From positions 1 through 64,000 of IMG/VR virus record IMGVR_UViG_2671180244_000004: a stretch of DNA of 64,000 nt; one strand, given 5' to 3'. The notes under the pieces are model-generated. The model saw only the letters and a list, made by a program, of their open reading frames with translations. It had not been told where the DNA came from and did not search any database. The stretch comes from a virus. Lineage: Duplodnaviria > Caudoviricetes. The position numbers and the translations under genes were made by a program. Within the stretch, counting starts at the first letter, position 1. Every line of letters starts with the position of its first letter. Of the stretch, positions 58,593-64,000 are shown piece after piece.

Positions 58593-58760
58593 ATGATGTT
58601 AGAAGAAATTGATTTAGACAAGATTTACGACATACGAGAATACCCTGATAAAAACAGTGGTCGCTGCGACAATTGTGATACAGCGCAATTTAAATCGACT
58701 ATATCTAAAGGTGAATTTATACGCAAATGCGCCAAATGTGGGATGAAAAAGAGGGTTTAA
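58593..58760 (+). CDS. 55-aa zinc-ribbon protein divergent from aimR
   Basis: Own translation MMLEEIDLDKIYDIREYPDKNSGRCDNCDTAQFKSTISKGEFIRKCAKCGMKKRV; AAGGAG RBS. Confidence 0.75.
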   Translation: MMLEEIDLDKIYDIREYPDKNSGRCDNCDTAQFKSTISKGEFIRKCAKCGMKKRV

Positions 58761-58766
58761 CCCCTC
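58746..58766 (-). terminator. Terminator after the peptide mini-genes
   Basis: GAGGG-GTTAAA-CCCTC-TTTTT on the minus strand. Confidence 0.6.
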
Positions 58767-58775
58767 CCTCCACTC

Positions 58776-58802
58776 TTATCCTCCTGGACGAATATCAGCC
58801 AT
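58776..58802 (-). CDS. 8-aa mini-gene MADIRPGG (arbitrium-like; alternative start 58817 gives MGGELMADIRPGG)
   Basis: GGGAGGTGA RBS, ATG GCT GAT ATT CGT CCA GGA GGA TAA. Confidence 0.7.
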   Translation of the reverse strand: MADIRPGG

Positions 58803-58821
58803 AAGCTCACCTCCCATACTA

Positions 58822-58854
58822 TTAGCCTCCTACTTTAATTGCTTCAACAATCAT
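58822..58854 (-). CDS. 10-aa mini-gene MIVEAIKVGG (arbitrium-like)
   Basis: AGAAGGTGA RBS, ATG ATT GTT GAA GCA ATT AAA GTA GGA GGC TAA TAG. Confidence 0.65.
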   Translation of the reverse strand: MIVEAIKVGG

Positions 58855-59128
58855 TTTCAATCACCTTCTAAATGAAATACTTCTTTTATTTAAATTGTTT
58901 ACTCACCTCTTAAAATATGTATCTTCACCTAAAACAAGTTACATTAGTATGATTCTAATTCAAGTAGTGAATGTGACTGTTTCATAAACCACAGAAATTT
59001 TATCATCTTTGCTTAATTTCTGTTACACAATGAAACCCGTGTTGTCAAAAATTTCTCTGTATTTTAGGATTGTGGATGACATAATGTTTACAATTAAGTT
59101 CATTTGTACGCTTTTCTGCTAACGAGTT

Positions 59129-59440
59129 TTACCATTGCATTGACTCTACCGAACAAATAACATATACATGTGTAGTTGTGAATATGGAGCGTACATATTG
59201 TGCTTCACTATATTGACTTATTTCAACAAGTTCATCTAATGCATAGGGATTAAGTCGATTATATCTAATGATAGCAGTAATTTTTTCAAAGGTGTATTCA
59301 ATCGTTCTATCGTAAAAAACTTTAATTTCATTAATCATTTCATTTATTTCTTTTTCTTCATTAAAAATCTCTAGTTTTAATTCATCAGCTTCATCTGATT
59401 CATTTAATTCATTATAAATTTTCATTTTTAATTCAATCAT
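59129..59440 (-). CDS. Hypothetical protein
   Basis: 103-aa ORF. Confidence 0.65.
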   Translation of the reverse strand: MIELKMKIYNELNESDEADELKLEIFNEEKEINEMINEIKVFYDRTIEYTFEKITAIIRYNRLNPYALDELVEISQYSEAQYVRSIFTTTHVYVICSVESMQW

Positions 59441-59455
59441 TTCTCTTATCCCCTT

Positions 59456-59902
59456 TGTCCGATGCCTTATTGCACCTGCGACATTTTATATGTATGTATT
59501 AAACTAGATGCAACCTCCCCTTTGAAGGGGAACGCTCTATGCTTAATGCGGTTTAAAGTCGCCTAGACGACTTATAGACTGATAACACTAACAGGATTTT
59601 CCCAGTCACATGCTTCTGATTCATCTTCTAAGTTTTCGAAATCAACCACGCTGATTTCCCATTCGATCGTGTATTCCTCGTTCATCTTATCTACAGCATG
59701 AGCTGTGTAATGAGTTCCGTCGTTATTCACATGTGGATTTTGGGTTGTTCTGTACTCTTTCCCTTCAAATACTACGATTGTAGAGTTATTGTGGTTAAGG
59801 TCTTGGAATTTCATTTTGATTACCCCTTATGCCCGACACCTTGTTGTGCCTGCGACATTTTTTATGTAAGTGTTTAACTAGATACAAACTCCCCGTTGAA
59901 GG
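59456..59902 (-). repeat. Two 73-bp direct repeats (59456-59528, 59830-59902): promoter plus leader hairpin
   Basis: Gap-free alignment; each copy precedes a gene; compensatory stem changes. Confidence 0.85.
59572..59814 (-). CDS. Hypothetical acidic protein
   Basis: 80-aa ORF, DESEACDWENP. Confidence 0.75.
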   Translation of the reverse strand: MKFQDLNHNNSTIVVFEGKEYRTTQNPHVNNDGTHYTAHAVDKMNEEYTIEWEISVVDFENLEDESEACDWENPVSVISL

Positions 59903-59936
59903 CTACCTGCTTTCAGTTCACTTTAAAAGAATGATT

Positions 59937-60386
59937 TTATTTGATAATTTCATTGGTGTAACTAACACTATACTCATCAATGTCTGACGTTTCAATGTTA
60001 CCAGCAAAGTCTCCAAGTTCCTCATTTACTTGCTGCAGATAAACCTCGTCTTCTTGTGTTAGCATTTCTCTAGCTATATATGTATCAGTTAAAGCATGGC
60101 TGCCTATTCCATCTTTTACACTGAACAATAGACATTGTTTCAATTCAGTACCATCTTTTAATAATACATCTACCAAAACAACTCCATTAGGCTTTAATTC
60201 ATCAATTTCATTTTGCCGTATATCTATTGCCTCTTGAAGTACGCAAGAAACTGTATTGCTTTTACTAGCCCTTAATGCGAATTCAAGCTCTTTAATTTCT
60301 CTTAATTTTTCTTGGATTTCATTTATCAATTCAATCTCTCCTAAAGTCAGATTTATCAATATAAACAGCGTCTTTAATGTCGTCAT
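59937..60386 (-). CDS. Hypothetical protein
   Basis: ORF; start probably about 60330. Confidence 0.7.
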   Translation of the reverse strand: MTTLKTLFILINLTLGEIELINEIQEKLREIKELEFALRASKSNTVSCVLQEAIDIRQNEIDELKPNGVVLVDVLLKDGTELKQCLLFSVKDGIGSHALTDTYIAREMLTQEDEVYLQQVNEELGDFAGNIETSDIDEYSVSYTNEIIK

Positions 60387-60564
60387 AATGCTCTGCGTTC
60401 ATGACTTTATAAATATCAATACCAAGTTTATTTTCCAATTCACTTTTAGCATTTAGAACAATCATATTGTCCGCATTTATGCCATTTCTCATTTGGGGCA
60501 CACGTGCATCTGTTTTAATTTCCACGCCTTCTATAGTAAAAGTTACCTTAACTGTATTGTTCAT
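60331..60564 (-). CDS. Hypothetical protein
   Basis: 77-aa ORF with RBS. Confidence 0.7.
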   Translation of the reverse strand: MNNTVKVTFTIEGVEIKTDARVPQMRNGINADNMIVLNAKSELENKLGIDIYKVMNAEHYDDIKDAVYIDKSDFRRD

Positions 60565-61148
60565 AATAATCTCTCCTTGGTTTTCTTTTATTTTCCTTTA
60601 TCTATGTTTTTATTATAGCACAGCACATCCTAATCAACAACAATAATATATGTAATTTGTATTTTATTTTTTCTGGAATTCTAAAGAAAAAAGGAGCATT
60701 AGCTCATGGTTTACATTAAAAACATCATTTTATTTTGTCTGTAATCAATCATAAAGCACGTTACAGGATGCAACACGCTTTAAAAAGGTCTTTCCTTTAT
60801 GTTCTCAAGCTCAGTAATTTAATTTGTTGTTTAAGTATTCCTCTACGCTGCCACCAAAGCCTTTATACCCTTCTTCAAGTTCATCTAATATTTGCTCTTG
60901 ATCTGCCCAACCTTTAAACATAAAGTGCATGTTTGGTTTTGAAAATTCTTTTTTAATTATATCTCGCATATCTTACACCTCTTATATATGTAATTTATAA
61001 TTCATCCAGAATAAACAAATGCACAAAGCAACATTATGGCCAATACGCTAAATACTGCAATATTGATTAAATCATCTCGCCTCTTTAATAACCGCTCCTG
61101 GATTGTTTTCAACATCTTCACTCCTTATAGTATATGTTATTTATTTGT

Positions 61149-61454
61149 TTAAAACTCATGTTTTATCTTATTTTCATTCAAACGTATTATTTCTTCTGAT
61201 CCCTTTTTTTTAACTTTTATTACTCCGCCCCACATAGGTATATAAGGCATTCCATCTTCATATCGAATATTGTATCGATAATGTAATACAACACTTCCTG
61301 TTGCCAAATTCACTAATATCCACCTGCTGTCATCCCAGCTATGGTATTCGCCTTTTTCATTGTAGCTGCCTTGACTTATTTTATTTTCGACAACCATACA
61401 TTCTTGACCGTCTTTGAATACAAGAATATCTCCTTTGTTTGCGATACTAATCAT
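61149..61454 (-). CDS. Hypothetical protein
   Basis: 101-aa ORF. Confidence 0.65.
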   Translation of the reverse strand: MISIANKGDILVFKDGQECMVVENKISQGSYNEKGEYHSWDDSRWILVNLATGSVVLHYRYNIRYEDGMPYIPMWGGVIKVKKKGSEEIIRLNENKIKHEF

Positions 61455-61509
61455 CCCCCTTTATTAAAAACAATTCCATTATGTATAAAAGAAACATTTT
61501 ATTTAACTT

Positions 61510-61755
61510 TCACTTTTCAAATTCATCAAGATCGATTCCATAAATGCTTTTAATCCAATCCTTGATTGTAAAATCCCACCCCCCAAGAAAACCATTCCAC
61601 GCTAGAACATCTCTAAACACTTCTGATTTGGACATTTCTAGAATTTCTTTATCCATGGAAGCGTCTTTTTTATCTAATCCCTCTCTTTGTCTTACATACT
61701 GAATAATGCTATTTGGATACTTTTCTTCTAACAGTTTTGTGTAATCCATTATCAT
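61510..61755 (-). CDS. Hypothetical protein
   Basis: 81-aa ORF between palindromes 61485 and 61772. Confidence 0.7.
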   Translation of the reverse strand: MIMDYTKLLEEKYPNSIIQYVRQREGLDKKDASMDKEILEMSKSEVFRDVLAWNGFLGGWDFTIKDWIKSIYGIDLDEFEK

Positions 61756-61777
61756 TTTCCTCTCCTTATGTAGAAAA

Positions 61778-61984
61778 TCAACATTTTATTTCAAATACAT
61801 TTTCATCTTCCATCATTCGTTCATTTAAAAACTCTAACCCATGACTCATTATTTCTTCATCAGTTAAAGTTCTGGGGTCAATCGATGCTCCGTTTGTTTC
61901 TTTATATGTTTTTTTAAGATATTCTTTACCATACTCCAACAATGTATAGGTTCTTTCATCCACTGAATACTTTCTTTCTCTCAT
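61778..61984 (-). CDS. Hypothetical protein
   Basis: 68-aa ORF. Confidence 0.65.
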   Translation of the reverse strand: MRERKYSVDERTYTLLEYGKEYLKKTYKETNGASIDPRTLTDEEIMSHGLEFLNERMMEDENVFEIKC

Positions 61985-62037
61985 TTTTTACAACCCTTTC
62001 TGCATAAAATTAAAAGAGAGTTCTAAGCATCTCCTAT

Positions 62038-62247
62038 TTAACAGCAGTCGCAATCACTCTCTGGCTCCTCACATTCTTCGCATATTTTTTCTATATGAAA
62101 GCCCATAAAAGTGAACCAAGGATAACAATAATACACCTTTTCACAGTGACTACATTTTACGATCCCAGAGCTGTCTTTATCCATATTTTCGTTGACTTCT
62201 TTTTTGTTGCAGTATGGGCATATCTGCACTTTCTTCAAATCTTCCAT
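62038..62247 (-). CDS. Small Cys-rich zinc-finger protein
   Basis: CPYC, CSHC, CEEC. Confidence 0.7.
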   Translation of the reverse strand: MEDLKKVQICPYCNKKEVNENMDKDSSGIVKCSHCEKVYYCYPWFTFMGFHIEKICEECEEPESDCDCC

Positions 62248-62308
62248 TTCATATTTCCTCCTTATATTATGGTCTGAATAAAATTAGAAAATTAATGTTT
62301 TATCCAGA

Positions 62309-62635
62309 CTATAATGCTTGTCTTGCCAATGTAATTAATTTTTTTAAATCGTTCACCGAAATGTTCACTTCATCTTCATTGCAGTAGTCATTTAATTCTA
62401 TAGATAAATCGCTTAAACCCTTTTCACTTATATTAATAATTTTCTTCTGAGTATCCTGTATCACCAAATCTGATTCATAAAACCATACAACTTTTGAGAC
62501 CCCTTCTATCTCCACTCCGACATTGGATGTTCTATCAGAAAATTTCTTAACAATGCCATTGTTACCAGAATAGCAGTCATTTGAATTAATTAAGACTTTA
62601 TCATTTATGTTCATATCGTCATTTCCTTTCTGCAT
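62309..62635 (-). CDS. Hypothetical SH3/KOW-like protein
   Basis: ORF between palindromes 62286 and 62634. Confidence 0.65.
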   Translation of the reverse strand: MQKGNDDMNINDKVLINSNDCYSGNNGIVKKFSDRTSNVGVEIEGVSKVVWFYESDLVIQDTQKKIINISEKGLSDLSIELNDYCNEDEVNISVNDLKKLITLARQAL

Positions 62636-62693
62636 AAAATTAGAATTTTATTTAATGTGAAGTAGTCCAACCTCCAACTTCACACTAAAACAG

Positions 62694-62978
62694 TTATTCT
62701 GATGATCCGTTAAACCAGTTAAAAAATGCTTTTGCTGGAATACGGTATACCGTGCCAATCTTATGTGCTGGGAACAATCCTTTTTTTACAAGATCGTATG
62801 CTTGTCTCTTTCCAATGCCCATATAATTCTGAATATCTTTTACTTCAAGTGCTTTCTTCTCAAGAATGCCTGTCAACGAATCCTTTTCCCCCACTTCTGT
62901 TTCACCTGTTATATAATTGCCACACATTTCACATTTAATTTTCTCCATTAAGAATTCTCCTCCGTTTAAAATATTCAT
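62694..62978 (-). CDS. Excisionase-type HTH DNA-binding protein
   Basis: LEVKDIQNYMGIGKRQAYDLVKKGLFPAHKIG...RIP. Confidence 0.8.
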   Translation of the reverse strand: MNILNGGEFLMEKIKCEMCGNYITGETEVGEKDSLTGILEKKALEVKDIQNYMGIGKRQAYDLVKKGLFPAHKIGTVYRIPAKAFFNWFNGSSE

Positions 62979-63004
62979 TTTATTTCGTTCTTTTCTACAT
63001 CTTT

Positions 63005-63033
63005 ATTATATATGTTATTTGTATATTAATCAA
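63005..63033 (-). promoter_or_regulatory. sigA promoter with SPBRE-like spacer
   Basis: TTGATT-17bp(ACAAATAACATA)-TATAAT. Confidence 0.8.
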
Positions 63034-63269
63034 TACTTTTTATATGTTATTTTTAATTTATTTGAGTATTTTATTACGTCCTATGAGGGGTTTGGGGTGG
63101 TGTAGGACGAAAGGGCAATTCAACTTGTTGAAGTGACCAAAGTCAGCACCCCAAGGTCTTATTTTCAGTCTATATATTATTTATAATTTTAACTTCTTTT
63201 CTTTTACGAGAGACCCCCTAATAACCCTTGTGGCTGTTGAGTTTTTAAAATGATTTATTGCTTTTGTTT

Positions 63270-64000
63270 TCATAGGTCATTTTCTAACCACTCGATTAAT
63301 AGACGTCTCATTCTAAATGATGGGATGTAAATGTTGATTGATTTGTTATTCCTTATTGCTGATCTCCATATCCATTGAATCATCTCTGATAATGCGTAAA
63401 TGTCTTGATCTATATTTATGTTATTCTGCTTAAAGAAATCATTAATAGCTGGATTAACAAATCTGTTGATTGAATAAACTAATGATTTCTTGTGACTGTA
63501 TTCATTAGTCGCTTTAATATTACACGCTAAGAATCCTTTAGTGTATCCTTTACCGCTCAACTTCCCTTTATGAGATTTAAAGGTTGTCCATAGGTTCTCA
63601 TTTGATTTAGACTTTATGATATTTTGGTAATAGTTTAAGATGTTGTTTTTTAACCGCTTATGTAACACTGTTCTACTTTCAAACCAATTTTTAGACAATG
63701 CGTAATAGTCGTCACCTACCTTGTTCAGATCTCCTTCGTAAATCTTTATCTTATTCTTCAAAGCAGCTTTAACCTTTTGGTCTAGGGATTCATTATGTTT
63801 AATTAATTTATAATTTTTACTTTCTTTTATGACTGATAACAATTCATATTCAATACCGTGTAAGTCAAAATAATACTTTTGAATCTGAGCATTAAACAAA
63901 TATGTTAACACGTACACCTCGTTAAACTTAGCAAAGACATCGCTAGGGAATTCCCAGAACAAAACAGATTCATTGTGATAGATTAGATTATCACTTTTGG
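63270..64000 (-). CDS. 3' part of a helicase-like putative replication/origin-binding protein (truncated by the window)
   Basis: LTYLF..Q, N.KATNEY, SEMIQWIWRSAIR, YIPS.RMR. Confidence 0.6.
   Translation of the reverse strand, partial: KSDNLIYHNESVLFWEFPSDVFAKFNEVYVLTYLFNAQIQKYYFDLHGIEYELLSVIKESKNYKLIKHNESLDQKVKAALKNKIKIYEGDLNKVGDDYYALSKNWFESRTVLHKRLKNNILNYYQNIIKSKSNENLWTTFKSHKGKLSGKGYTKGFLACNIKATNEYSHKKSLVYSINRFVNPAINDFFKQNNINIDQDIYALSEMIQWIWRSAIRNNKSINIYIPSFRMRRLLIEWLENDL

Larger units (their letters stand above)
4834..62651. repeat. Dispersed 18-bp palindrome family WTRAAA-N6-TTTYAW at gene boundaries (about 27 copies)
   Basis: Starts: 4834, 6969, 8557, 12159, 13855, 19721, 21336, 21696, 23320, 25310, 37755, 39958, 40574, 42017, 44083, 44789, 46005, 46931, 47701, 48864, 50020, 51227, 58872, 59923, 60716, 61485, 62634; degenerate copies at 25468, 61772, 62286. 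Confidence 0.85.
142..64000. mobile_element. SPbeta-like prophage (early/replication arm; continues beyond the right edge)
   Basis: Gene order and content match SPbeta: serine recombinase, yotM-like, nrdIEF with intein, yorF-yorS-like cluster, ligB, yopM-S, aimR/aimP. AT-rich, mostly minus strand. Confidence 0.95.

Noticed and set aside
9039-63050. Dispersed TATATGT(T/A)ATTTG repeat as a new element
   Set aside because: It sits in sigA promoter spacers and most likely corresponds to the described SPbeta repeated element bound by MrpR, so it is reported as regulatory rather than novel.
252-63105. Most plus-strand 60-165 aa ORFs overlapping long minus-strand genes (e.g. 2203, 30129, 44473, 47258)
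   Set aside because: Antisense shadows with no RBS and Ser/Phe/Leu-rich composition.
63077-63115. Hammerhead ribozyme (GACGAAA seen)
   Set aside because: The required CUGANGA core is absent (CTATGAG only).
1-64000. CRISPR arrays, tRNA/rRNA genes, IS elements, group I introns
   Set aside because: No regularly spaced repeats, cloverleafs or transposases seen; nrdE, nrdF and thyA are continuous ORFs.

Overview
The window is the early/replication arm of a large SPbeta-like temperate Bacillus prophage, with most genes on the minus strand. It is integrated into the host sporulation gene spoVK; the 3' half of spoVK is visible at 1-141, and the large serine recombinase ORF runs across the att junction. 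From left to right: serine integrase and a candidate RDF, RecU-like resolvase, nucleotide-metabolism genes (tdk, thyA, dUTPase, nrdIEF with an intein in nrdE and an N-terminally extended nrdF, dNMP kinase, deoxyribonucleotidase, gmk), the yorF-yorM-type replication cluster (with a family A rather than DnaE polymerase), ATP-dependent ligase, RNase H, many small accessory ORFs, the sroA-F (yopM-R) repression operon and an arbitrium aimR-aimP pair (predicted peptide AIGNGG, no aimX ORF). Two signals stand out. (1) Three unannotated mini-genes with good RBSs encode signal-less 8-12 aa peptides ending in arbitrium-like hexapeptides (GFGHGA, AIKVGG, DIRPGG), a candidate intracellular system for jamming the arbitrium receptors of competing elements. 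(2) About 27 copies of an 18-bp palindrome, WTRAAA-N6-TTTYAW, sit at accessory-gene boundaries and look like gene-cassette recombination sites. All calls were made by eye, without database searches.
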